From Yuukianura sp. NJ FZ-2021 (lineage: Eukaryota): a DNA stretch of 64,000 bases. This document shows, one piece after another, positions 10,666 to 24,000 of the stretch; the stretch's first letter is position 1, and the number at the start of each line of letters is the position of its first letter. The notes below the pieces were generated by a model that had not been told where the DNA came from, did not search any database, and was given only the letters and a program-made list of their open reading frames with translations. The stretch spans positions 4,216,001-4,280,000 of the forward strand of contig CM102283.1 of NCBI GenBank assembly GCA_046563655.1, in the 5' to 3' direction. The translations under genes and the position numbers were made by a program.

Positions 10666-13600
10666 CCTTGCGGTCAGATAATGATGTGGTTATTTAGAGA
10701 CATTTTGTAACATTTTGTGACATTCGACGACGAAAAACGACAGATGTTGAAGTTCAGTTAATTTGACAAACATGCTTCTGTGGGCTTATGTTTGACGAGA
10801 TTTACTCTACACGCGTTTCGTGAGGTAAGCCGTTCGAAAAACCAACTTGAGATGAAGAATAGGAAGCGTTCTGTTTATTTCACCGGGAGGTAAATATGGA
10901 ATTCATCTCGTTGTTATTTGTTGGGCAATATTTACGTTACACTGTCGGCAAGCCTTAAAAAAAGGCCGCTGTAACGAGCCAAATGCAAGGGGCTATTGAC
11001 AACTACGGTGGGTCTCCTTGCGGTCAGATAATGATGTGGTTATTTAGAGACATTTTGTAACATTTTGTGACATTCGACGACAAAAAACGACAAATGTTGA
11101 AGTTCAGTTAATTTGACAAACATGCTTCTGTGAGCTTATGTTTGACGAGATTTACTCGACACACGTCTCTTGAGGTAAGTGGTTTGATAAACCACCTTGA
11201 GGTGAAGAATAGGAAGCGTTATGTTTATTTGACCGGGAGTAAACAGGGAATTCATCTCGTTGTTATTTGTTTTCCAATATTTACTTTATAGTGTCGGCAC
11301 GCCTAAAAAGAAGACCGCTGTCACGAGCCAAATGCTATGGGCAATTGACAACTACAGTGGGTCTCCTTCCGGTCAGATAATGATGTGGTTATTTAGAGAC
11401 ATTTTGTAACATTTTGTGACATTCGACGACGAAAAACGACAAATGTTGAAGTTCAGTTAATTTGACAAAGATGCTTCTGTGGGCTTATGTTTGACGAGAT
11501 TTACTCGACACGCGTTTCGTGAGGTAAGCCGTTTGAAAAACCACCTTGAGATGAAGAATAGGAAGCGTTCTGTTTATTTCACCGGGAGGTAAATATGGAA
11601 TTCATCTCGTTGTTATTTGTTGGGCAATATTTACTTTACACTGTCGGCACGCCTAAAAAGAAGACCGCTGTCACGAGCCAAATGCTATGGGCAATTGACA
11701 ACTTCAGTGGGTCTCCTTGCGGTCAGATAATGATGTGGTTATTTAGAGACATTTTGTAACATTTTGTGACATTCGACGACAAAAAACGACAAATGTTGAA
11801 ATTCAGTTAATTTGACAAACATGCTTCTGTGGGCTTATGTTTGACGAGATTTACTCGACACGCGTTTCGTGAGGTAAGCCGTTCGAAAAACCACCTTGAG
11901 ATGAAGAATAGGAAGCGTTCTGTTTATTTCACCGGGAGGTAAATATGGAATTCATCTCGTTGTTATTTGTTGGGCAATATTTACTTTACACTGTCGGCAA
12001 GCCTTAAAAAAAGACCGCTGTAACGAGCCAAATGCAAGGGGCTATTGACAACTACAGTAGGTCTCCATGTGGTCAGATGATGATGTGGTTATTTAGAGAC
12101 ATTTTGTAACATTTTGTGACATTCGACGACAAAAAGCGACAAATGTTGAAGTTCAGTTAATTTGACAAACATGCTTCTGTGAGCTTATGTTTGACGAGAT
12201 TTACTCGACACACGTCTCTTGAGGTAAGTGGTTCGATAAACCACCTTGAGGTGAAGAATAGGAAGCGTTATGTTTATTTGACCGGGAGTAAACAGGGAAT
12301 TCATCTCGTTGTTATTTGTTTTCCAATATTTACTTTATAGTGTCGGCACGCCTAAAAAGAAGACCGCTGTCACGAGCCAAATGCTATGGGCAATTGACAA
12401 CTACGGTGGGTCTCCTTGCGGTCAGATAATGATGTGGTTATTTAGAGACATTTTGTAACATTTTGTGACATTCGACGACGAAAAACGACAAATGTTGAAG
12501 TTCAGTTAATTTGACAAACATGCTTCTGTGGGCTTATGTTTGACGAGATTTACTCGACACGCGTTTCGTGAGGTAAGCCGTTCGAAAAACCACCTTGAGA
12601 TGAAGATTAGGAAGCGTTCTGTTTATTTGACCGTGAGGTAAACAGGGAATTCATCTCGTTCTTATTTGTTGGGCAATATTTACTTTACACTGTCGGCAAG
12701 CCTTAAAAAAAGACCGCTGTAACGAGCCAAATGCAAGGGGCTATTGACAACTACAGTAGGTCTCCATGTGGTCAGATGATGATGTGGTTATTTAGAGACA
12801 TTTTGTAACATTTTGTGACATTCGACGACAAAAAGCGACAAATGTTGAAGTTCAGTTAATTTGACAAACATGCTTCTGTGAGCTTATGTTTGACGAGATT
12901 TACTCGACACACGTCTCTTGAGGTAAGTGGTTCGATAAACCACCTTGAGGTGAAGAATAGGAAGCGTTATGTTTATTTGACCGGGAGTAAACAGGGAATT
13001 CATCTCGTTGTTATTTGTTTTCCAATATTTACTTTATAGTGTCGGCACGCCTAAAAAGAAGACCGCTGTCACGAGCCAAATGCTATGGGCAATTGACAAC
13101 TACGGTGGGTCTCCTTGCGGTCAGATAATGATGTGGTTATTTAGAGACATTTTGTAACATTTTGTGACATTCGACGACGAAAAACGACAAATGTTGAAGT
13201 TCAGTTAATTTGACAAACATGCTTCTGTGGGCTTATGTTTGACGAGATTTACTCGACACGCGTTTCGTGAGGTAAGCCGTTCGAAAAACCACCTTGAGAT
13301 GAAGATTAGGAAGCGTTCTGTTTATTTGACCGTGAGGTAAACAGGGAATTCATCTCGTTCTTATTTGTTGGGCAATATTTACTTTACACTATCGGCAAGC
13401 CTTAAAAAAAGACCGCTGTAACGAGACAAATGCAAGGGGCTATTGACAACTACAGTAGGTCTCCATTTGGTCAGATAATGATGTGGTTATTTAGACACAT
13501 TTTGTAACATTTTGTGACATTCGACGACAAAAAAAACGACAAATGTTGAAGTTCAGTTAATTTGACAAACATGCTTCTGTGAGCTTATGTTTGACCAGAT

Positions 13601-16600
13601 TTACTCGACACACGTCTTTTGAAGTAAGTGGTTCGATAAACCACCTTGAGATGAAGAATAGGAAGCGTTATGTTTATTTGACCGGGAGTAAACAGGGAAT
13701 TCATCTCGTTGTTATTTGTTGGGCAATATTTACTTTACACTGTCGGCACGCCTAAAAAGAAGACCGCTGTCACGAGCCAAATGCTATGGGCAATTGACAA
13801 CTTCAGTGGGTCTCCTTGCGGTCAGATAATGATGTGGTTATTTAGAGACATTTTGTAACATTTTGTGACATTCGACGACAAAAAACGACAAATGTTGAAG
13901 TTCAGTTAATTTGACAAACATGCTTCTGTGAGCTTATGTTTGACGAGATTTACTCGACACACGTCTCTTGAGGTAAGTGGTTCGATAAACCACCTTGAGA
14001 TGAAGAATAGGAAGCGTTATGTTTATTTGACCGGGAGTAAACAGGGAATTCATCTCGTTGTTATTTGTTTTCCAATATTTACTTTATAGTGTCGGCACGC
14101 CTAAAAAGAAGACCGCTGTCACGAGCCAAATGCTATGGGCAATTGACAACTACAGTGGGTCTCCTTGCGGTCAGATAATGATGTGGTTATTTAGAGACAT
14201 TTTGTAACATTTTGTGACATTCGACGACGAAAAACGACAGATGTTGAAGTTCAGTTAATTTGACAAACATGCTTCTGTGGGCTTATGTTTGACGAGATTT
14301 ACTCTACACGCGTTTCGTGAGGTAAGCCGTTCGAAAAACCACCTTGAGATGAAGAATAGGAAGCGTTCTGTTTATTTCACCGGGAGGTAAATATGGAATT
14401 CATCTCGTTGTTATTTGTTGGGCAATATTTACTTTACACTGTCGGCAAGCCTTAAAAAAAGACCGCTGTAACGAGACAAATGCAAGGGGCTATTGACAAC
14501 TACAGTAGGTCTCCATTTGGTCAGATAATGATGTGGTTATTTAGACACATTTTGTAACATTTTGTGACATTCGACGACAAAAAAAACGACAAATGTTGAA
14601 GTTCAGTTAATTTGACAAACATGCTTCTGTGAGCTTATGTTTGACCAGATTTACTCGACACACGTCTTTTGAAGTAAGTGGTTCGATAAACCACCTTGAG
14701 ATGAAGAATAGGAAGCGTTATGTTTATTTGACCGGGAGTAAACAGGGAATTCATCTCGTTGTTATTTGTTGGGCAATATTTACTTTACACTGTCGGCACG
14801 CCTAAAAAGAAGACCGCTGTCACGAGCCAAATGCTATGGGCAATTGACAACTTCAGTGGGTCTCCTTGCGGTCAGATAATGATGTGGTTATTTAGAGACA
14901 TTTTGTAACATTTTGTGACATTCGACGACAAAAAACGACAAATGTTGAAGTTCAGTTAATTTGACAAACATGCTTCTGTGAGTTTATGTTTGACGAGATT
15001 TACTCGACACACGTCTCTTGAGGTAAGTGGTTTGATAAACCACCTTGAGGTGAAGAATAGGAAGCGTTATGTTTATTTGACCGGGAGTAAACAGGGAATT
15101 CATCTCGTTGTTATTTGTTTTCCAATATTTACTTTATAGTGTCGGCACGCCTAAAAAGAAGACCGCTGTCACGAGCCAAATGCTATGGGCAATTGACAAC
15201 TACAGTGGGTCTCCTTCCGGTCAGATAATGATGTGGTTATTTAGAGACATTTTGTAACATTTTGTGACATTCGACGACGAAAAACGACAAATGTTGAAGT
15301 TCAGTTAATTTGACAAAGATGCTTCTGTGGGCTTATGTTTGACGAGATTTACTCGACACGCGTTTCGTGAGGTAAGCCGTTTGAAAAACCACCTTGAGAT
15401 GAAGAATAGGAAGCGTTCTGTTTATTTCACCGGGAGGTAAATATGGAATTCATCTCGTTGTTATTTGTTGGGCAATATTTACTTTACACTGTCGGCACGC
15501 CTAAAAAGAAGACCGCTGTCACGAGCCAAATGCTATGGGCAATTGACAACTTCAGTGGGTCTCCTTGCGGTCAGATAATGATGTGGTTATTTAGAGACAT
15601 TTTGTAACATTTTGTGACATTCGACGACAAAAAACGACAAATGTTGAAGTTCAGTTAATTTGACAAACATGCTTCTGTGGGCTTATGTTTGACGAGATTT
15701 ACTCGACACGCGTTTCGTGAGGTAAGCCGTTCGAAAAACCACCTTGAGATGAAGAATAGGAAGCGTTCTGTTTATTTCACCGGGAGGTAAATATGGAATT
15801 CATCTCGTTGTTATTTGTTGGGCAATATTTACTTTACACTGTCGGCAAGCCTTAAAAAAAGACCGCTGTAACGAGCCAAATGCAAGGGGCTATTGACAAC
15901 TACAGTAGGTCTCCATGTGGTCAGATGATGATGTGGTTATTTAGAGACATTTTGTAACATTTTGTGACATTCGACGACAAAAAGCGACAAATGTTGAAGT
16001 TCAGTTAATTTGACAAACATGCTTCTGTGAGCTTATGTTTGACGAGATTTACTCGACACACGTCTCTTGAGGTAAGTGGTTCGATAAACCACCTTGAGAT
16101 GAAGAATAAGAAGCGTTATGTTTATTTGACCGGGAGTAAACAGGGAATTCATCTCGTTGTTATTTGTTTTCCAATATTTACTTTATCTTGCCGGCACGCC
16201 TAAAAAGAAGACCGCTGTCACGAGCCAACTGCTATGGGCAATTGACAACTACAGTGGGTCTCCTTGCGGTCAGATAATGATGTGGTTATTTAGAGACATT
16301 TTGTAACATTTTGTGACATTCGACGACGAAAAACGACAGATGTTGAATTTCAGTTAATTTGACAAACATGCTTCTGTGGGCTTATGTTTGACGAGATTTA
16401 CTCGACACGCGTTTCGTGAGGTAAGCCGTTCGAAAAACCACCTTGAGATGAAGAATAGGAAGCGTTCTGTTTATTTCACCGGGAGGTAAATATGGAATTC
16501 ATCTCGTTGTTATTTGTTTTCCAATATTTACTTTATAGTGTCGGCACGCCTAAAAAGAAGACCGCTGTCACGAGCCAAATGCTATGGGCAATTGACAACT

Positions 16601-19600
16601 ACAGTGGGTCTCCTTGCGGTCAGATAATGATGTGGTTATTTAGAGACATTTTGTAACATTTTGTGACATTCGACGACAAAAAATGACAAATGTTGAAGTT
16701 CAGTTAATTTGACAAACATGCTTCTGTGAGCTTATGTTTGACGAGATTTACTCGACACACGTCTCTTGAGGTAAGTGGTTCGATAAACCATCTTGAGATG
16801 AAGAATAGGAAGCGTTATGTTTATTTGACCGGGAGTAAACAGGAAATTCATCTCGTTGTTATTTCATTTCCAATATTTACTTTATAGTGTCGGCACGCCT
16901 AAAACGAAGACCGCTGTCACGAGCCAAATGCTATGGGCAATTGACAACTACAGTGGGTCTCCTTGCGGTCAGATAATGATGTGGTTATTTAGAGACATTT
17001 TGTAACATTTTGTGACATTCGACGACGAAAAACGACAGATGTTGAAGTTCAGTTAATTTGACAAACATGCTTCTGTGGGCTTATGTTTGACGAGATTTAC
17101 TCGACACGCGTTTCGTGAGGTAAGCCGTTCGAAAAACCACCTTGAGATGAAGAATAGGAAGCGTTCTGTTTATTTCACCGGGAGGTAAATATGGAATTCA
17201 TCTCGTTGTTATTTGTTTTCCAATATTTACTTTATAGTGTCGGCACGCCTAAAAAGAAGACCGCTGTCACGAGCCAAATGCTATGGGCAATTGACAACTA
17301 CAGTGGGTCTCCTTGCGGTCAGATAATGATGTGGTTATTTAGAGACATTTTGTAACATTTTGTGACATTCGACGACAAAAAATGACAAATGTTGAAGTTC
17401 AGTTAATTTGACAAACATGCTTCTGTGAGCTTATGTTTGACGAGATTTACTCGACACACGTCTCTTGAGGTAAGTGGTTTGATAAACCACCTTGAGATGA
17501 AGAATAGGAAGCGTTATGTTTATTTGACCGGGAGTAAACAGGGAATTCATCTCGTTGTTATTTGTTTTCCAATATTTACTTTATAGTGTCGGCACGCCTA
17601 AAAAGAAGACCGCTGTCACGAGCCAAATGCTATGGGCAATTGACAACTACAGTGGGTCTCCTTCCGGTCAGATAATGATGTGGTTATTTAGAGACATTTT
17701 GTAACATTTTGTGACATTCGACGACGAAAAACGACAAATGTTGAAGTTCAGTTAATTTGACAAAGATGCTTCTGTGGGCTCATGTTTGACGAGATTTACT
17801 CGACACGCGTTTCGTGAGGTAAGCCGTTTGAAAAACCACCTTGAGATGAAGAATAGGAAGCGTTCTGTTTATTTCACCGGGAGGTAAATATGGAATTCAT
17901 CTCGTTGTTATTTGTTGGGCAATATTTACTTTACACTGTCGGCACGCCTAAAAAGAAGACCGCTGTCACGAGCCAAATGCTATGGGCAATTGACAACTTC
18001 AGTGGGTCTCCTTGCGGTCAGATAATGATGTGGTTATTTAGAGACATTTTGTAACATTTTGTGACATTCGACGACAAAAAACGACAAATGTTGAAGTTCA
18101 GTTAATTTGACAAACATGCTTCTGTGGGCTTATGTTTGACGAGATTTACTCGACACGCGTTTCGTGAGGTAAGCCGTTCGAAAAACCACCTTGAGATGAA
18201 GAATAGGAAGCGTTCTGTTTATTTCACCGGGAGGTAAATATGGAATTCATCTCGTTGTTATTTGTTGGGCAATATTTACTTTACACTGTCGGCAAGCCTT
18301 AAAAAAAGACCGCTGTAACGAGCCAAATGCAAGGGGCTATTGACAACTACAGTAGGTCTCCATGTGGTCAGATGATGATGTGGTTATTTAGAGACATTTT
18401 GTAACATTTTGTGACATTCGACGACAAAAAGCGACAAATGTTGAAGTTCAGTTAATTTGACAAACATGCTTCTGTGAGCTTATGTTTGACGAGATTTACT
18501 CGACACACGTCTCTTGAGGTAAGTGGTTCGATAAACCACCTTGAGATGAAGAATAAGAAGCGTTATGTTTATTTGACCGGGAGTAAACAGGGAATTCATC
18601 TCGTTGTTATTTGTTTTCCAATATTTACTTTATAGTGTCGGCACGCCTAAAACGAAGACCGCTGTCACGAGCCAAATGCTATGGGCAATTGACAACTACA
18701 GTGGGTCTCCTTGCGGTCAGATAATGATGTGGTTATTTAGAGACATTTTGTAACATTTTGTGACATTCGACGACGAAAAACGACAGATGTTGAAGTTCAG
18801 TTAATTTGACAAACATGCTTCTGTGGGCTTATGTTTGACGAGATTTACTCGACACGCGTTTCGTGAGGTAAGCCGTTCGAAAAACCACCTTGAGATGAAG
18901 AATAGGAAGCGTTCTGTTTATTTCACCGGGAGGTAAATATGGAATTCATCTCGTTGTTATTTGTTTTCCAATATTTACTTTATAGTGTCGGCACGCCTAG
19001 AAAGAATACCGCTGTCACGAGCCAAATGCTATGGGCAATTGACAACTGCAGTGGGTTTCCTTGCGGTCAGATAATGATGTGGTTATTTAGAGACATTTTG
19101 TAACATTTTGTGACATTCGATGACGAAAAATGACAAATGTTGAAGTTCAGTTAATTTGACAAACATGCTTCTGTGAGCTTATGTTTGACGAGATTTACTC
19201 GACACACGTCTCTTGAGGTAAGTGGTTCGATAAACCATCTTGAGATGAAGAATAGGAAGCGTTATGTTTATTTGACCGGGAGTAAACAGAAAATTCATCT
19301 CGTTGTTATTTTATTTCCAATATTTACTTTATAGTGTCGGCACGCCTAAAACGAAGACCGCTGTCACGAGCCAAATGCTATGGGCAATTGACAACTACAG
19401 TGGGTCTCCTTGCGGTCAGATAATGATGTGGTTATTTAGAGACATTTTGTAACATTTTGTGACATTCGACGACGAAAAACGACAGATGTTGAAGTTCAGT
19501 TAATTTGACAAACATGCTTCTGTGGGCTTATGTTTGACGAGATTTACTCGACACGCGTTTCGTGAGGTAAGCCGTTCGAAAAACCACCTTGAGATGAAGA

Positions 19601-20326
19601 ATAGGAAGCGTTCTGTTTATTTCACCGGCAGGTAAATATGGAATCCATCTCGTTGTTATTTGTTTTCCAATATTTACTTTATAGTGTCGGCACGCCTAAA
19701 AAGAAGACCGCTGTCACGAGCCAAATGCTATGGGCAATTGACAACTACAGTGGGTCTCCTTGCGGTCAGATAATGATGTGGTTATTTAGAGACATTTTGT
19801 AACATTTTGTGACATTCGACGACAAAAAATGACAAATGTTGAAGTTCAGTTAATTTGACAAACATGCTTCTGTGAGCTTATGTTTGACGAGATTTACTCG
19901 ACACACGTCTCTTGAGGTAAGTGGTTCGATAAACCATCTTGAGATGAAGAATAGGAAGCGTTATGTTTATTTGACCGGGAGTAAACAGGAAATTCATCTC
20001 GTTGTTATTTCATTTCCAATATTTACTTTATAGTGTCGGCACGCCTAAAACGAAGACCGCTGTCACGAGCCAAATGCTATGGGCAATTGACAACTACAGC
20101 GGGTCTCCTTGCGGTCAGATAATGATGTGGTTATTTAGAGACATTTTGTAACATTTTGTGACATTCGACGACGAAAAACGACAGATGTTGAAGTTCAGTT
20201 AATTTGACAAACATGCTTCTGTGGGCTTATGTTTGACGAGATTTACTCGACACGCGTTTCGTGAGGTAAGCCGTTCGAAAAACCACCTTGAGATGAAGAA
20301 TAGGAAGCGTTCTGTTTATTTCACCG
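10664..20326. repeat. 350-bp satellite array, segment 2 (about 27-28 monomers)
   Basis: Uninterrupted tandem monomers. Confidence 0.97.
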
Positions 20327-20772
20327 TGTCGGAGTTCTAGCGAACTCCTGGTAATCTGAGGAAGAAAGTGGGCGAAAACGAACAAGACGAGCAGTTGGAT
20401 TTTTTGGGGCTTTCGCCCTTTTATTTAAAAAAGAAAGAAAAGATGTGATGGAGACAGTAGTTTCGATTATTGTTTTGAATTGGAAGAATCTGACTTTGAC
20501 AACTAGAAGTTGATAGGAAGGGCGCTAAAGACAGACTGAAATTGGTGGGGCAGGAGAGTCTTGACATGATCTGCTGAGTGACCTTGGTCACTCGTCAGCT
20601 CATGAACACAAAAATGCCTCACCTTGTGACATGTATCATGTCACAAGGCATGACACTAAGACAGGCTTTTTAGCCTGTAAGACTCGGAGAAAGAAAGAAT
20701 TTTGATTTAATTAGTGGAGGGGTTGACCAAGGTCAAGCGGCTATTGGCTTGGCCTTGTCAATTCCTCCAACA
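20327..20772 (-). repeat. BEL/Pao 3' LTR, copy 2
   Basis: TGTCGGAG...CTCCAACA with adjacent PPT. Confidence 0.94.
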
Positions 20773-21001
20773 CTCCCGGCCCTTGGTGGATTTAAGATCC
20801 ACCAAGAGATTTTGAAAATGAACGCTGCTGTGGAAAGTGGAAATGAAATGGAGTGTTGCAGGAAAAGCCAACCCTAGGAAACGAAATTGTAAATTTTGTA
20901 AATAATTGTATATAGTTAATTAATTGTAAATTTAAAGTAAATCTAAAGTAAATCTATTGTTTACTTTACTCGAATTGGAAAAAGAAAAGAAAAACTTAAA
21001 G

Positions 21002-24000
21002 TTATTGAAGTGTGGAGTAGTTGGAGATGACATCGTCGTCCAATGGGAGTGGGGAAAGTTTGGTGATTGGGCGATGGAAGATCTTGTAAGGTTTTCCATC
21101 CGGTTTGGCGGGATCAGGTGGGACAGGAATCCGCACATCGCAGCTGCGCACATGTCCGTCCTTTCCTGGGAACACGTTCTCGATCCGTCCAAGTGTCCAG
21201 CGTTGTGGTCCAATGGCAGCATCGGAATCGTGGAGCAGAACGAGCATGTCCTTGTTGAGGTTCGGCTTGGAGTCGAGCCACTTTCCCTTTTGCTGGAGAG
21301 TATGGAGATAGTCCAACTTCCAGCGTTTGAACAAATGTTGGGTCATCTGTTGGACGTGTTGCCAGCGGCAACGGTGACTTTTCCTCCAAGTGACGTCTTC
21401 CTCGGTCACTTCTCTTGGTCCGCGAAGGGTGAGAAAGTGAAAGGGTGTTAGCACCTGGAAGTCGTCTGGAGAGTCGGAGATCGGAGTAAGCGGTCGAGAG
21501 TTGAGGTTGGCGGAGGTTCTGGCCAGCAAGGTCACGAACTCTTCGATTGAAGGATGATGACCTTGGGTGACCTTGGCAAGGTTCGTCTTCATACTTTTTA
21601 CGGCTGCTTCCCAAATACCGCCGTGATGTGGTCCGTAGGGAGGAGAAAAGTGAAAGCGGATGCTTTCACCAATGCAGAAGAGATTGACCTTGTTGAGATG
21701 TTGTGGAGAGGTGATGAGACGCTGGAGTTCTGCCATCTCATTTTTGGCGCCAAGGAAATTTCTGCCTCCGTCGCAGAAAATGTCGGATGGTGCATTTCGG
21801 ATTGCAATGAAGCGTTGGAAGGCGGAGAGAAAGTTTGGAGTGCTGAGCCCTCCAGAAAATTCCAGATGAATGGCCTTGGTGGCCATACAAATAAAAACAC
21901 AAACATACGCTTTGAGCATGCGCGGTTTCCTTCCAGTGGTGGCGGCGATTTCGAACGGACCTGCGTAGTCCGTTCCCACTTTCACAAAGGGAAAGTCAGT
22001 GGTGACACGAGCAGGAGGAAGTTGACCCATAATTTGGAGACTTGGTGTTGGATTGGCCTTGAAGCACTGAATGCAGCGGCGGTCGACCCATTTGCAGAGG
22101 TCATGACCCCGTGGAATCCAGAACTCGGTCCGGACAAGAGAAAGGAGTAACTTCGGTCCTGCGTGTAGATGGTGTATGTGGAAGTCACGAACAATGGCCA
22201 AAACGAAAGCGTTGATTTGTTGTTGTTCCGTGTTGCTTGGGCGACGACGGAATTTTGGAAGTAAAATCGGATGACGCATGTTAAAGTTGATTGGAGACTG
22301 CTGGAGTCGTCCACCAACTCGGAGTACTCCGTTTTCGTCCAAAAACGGAGACAAAAAACGAAGTTTGGTTTTGGCGGGCTTTTTGTGACACTGTGCACAA
22401 AAGTCAATTTCAGATGAAAAAGGCAAACGTTGGACACACTTCACCAAGGGAATCACTGCGTCACTGATTTCCTTTGTAGTGACGTAAATTTGGATGGGCG
22501 TGGCTTGTGGTGAGGTCAACTTGGTTTTGACCCTGTCAACACACCGTTGTCGTAGTCGTGTTTTATAGCGTAACCAATACGCTATAAGTCTTTTCATTTT
22601 TTGAAAAGACGAAACGGTGGTGATGAGTCGGAGTAGGCAGGAGTTGACGTAGTCAATTCCTCTGGAAGTGGAAGTGGTACATGACGTCACTGATTTTGAG
22701 TATGGTTGTGGTGGCAGTTCATCTGTCAGGAGAAAGGTGGGCCCGTGCAGCCAAAGTTCACTGTTGTGGGGTGTGTGGCTAGGCCAGTCACACGGAGGAA
22801 GCAAAGTCTGGTTGTTCGCCTCTAGTGGGCCAGGAGGTAGCCATGGTGCAGTGGACAACACTGCCAACCTTACTTTTGCTTCCTCACATGTGGGGACCTC
22901 AGACGGGTTTCGATTCCCCCGTGGCCAAGAAAATTTTTCTTGTCATACCCTAGCCTGAGCCGGGTTGACCATTGACTGCTGGACAGCAGAATAGATAATT
23001 GTCGAAAGACGCTACGTCCCTGATGCCTACTCCCCTTCCCAGACTTTATCAGATCCGACCCAACTGATAAGGTGCTCTGTCTGTCCAGTGTGATAGTGGG
23101 ATCTTGAAGGCTGAGACCTGGGGTCCAGGTCTTAATGTGCGGGGGCCTGTGGGGTGTGTGGCTAGGCCAGTCACACGGAGGAAGCAAAGTCTGGTTGTTC
23201 GCCTCTAGTGGGCCAGGAGGTAGCCATGGTGCAGTGGACAACACTGCCAACCTTACTTTTGCTTCCTCACACTGTTGAGTAGTTGGAGTGCAGTGAGTCC
23301 CCGAGTAGGCAAGTCGGCAGGATTCATGCCGCCTGGGACATGAAACCAATGGAGTTGCGCAATAGAATTTTTGATTTTGCGCACTCGGTTCAGCACAAAC
23401 ACAGATTGTTTTTCGGTAGAAAACAGTTGGCTTAAGGCACCGGTGGAATCCGTAAAGCAGATGAACTTTTCGATTTTGATTTTTGTTGGTGAAAGTGCAG
23501 TTGAAATGGAGTTCACTAAATTTGTGAGGAGCACTGCACTACACAATTCCAGTTTTGGAGTGGTTTCCCCAGCTACCGGAGCAACTCGGGTTTTGGCGGC
23601 AACTAACTCCACTTTTACTTCTCCATTTTGAATGGAGCGGAGATATGCGCATGCGCAGTACGCTTGGGTACTGGCATCGCAAAAACCAATTAGGTCGTAG
23701 TGAGTGTTGTCGGGAGAGAAAGTGGAGAAAGCCAAACACCGTGGAATTCGGAATTGTTTGAGGAGGGAAAGTTCACCGCAGTACTTTTCCCATTTTTTGA
23801 AAATGTGAAGTGGGATTGGCTCGTCCCATGTCAATTTGAGCTTCCATAGCTATTGGAGGATGATTTTAGGAATTATGGTAACTGGAGCAAGCCAATTGAG
23901 GGGATCAAACACTTTGGCGGTGTGCGACAAAACTTCACGTTTGGTTGCTTGGGTAACTTTTGGGGGGTCGCATATTTTTACACCAAAAGTGTCGGAGTGT

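Noticed and set aside
1-20326. CRISPR-like array
   Set aside because: Whole 350-bp monomers repeat with no unique spacers, there are no cas genes, and the context is eukaryotic.
3766-20772. Treating the LTRs at 3766 and 20327 as the two ends of one element
   Set aside because: Both are followed by the PPT and integrase end, so both are 3' LTRs; the matching TSD is at 50191.
22668-23349. ORFs spanning the TRIM
   Set aside because: Chimeric read-through of non-coding LTR sequence into pol.
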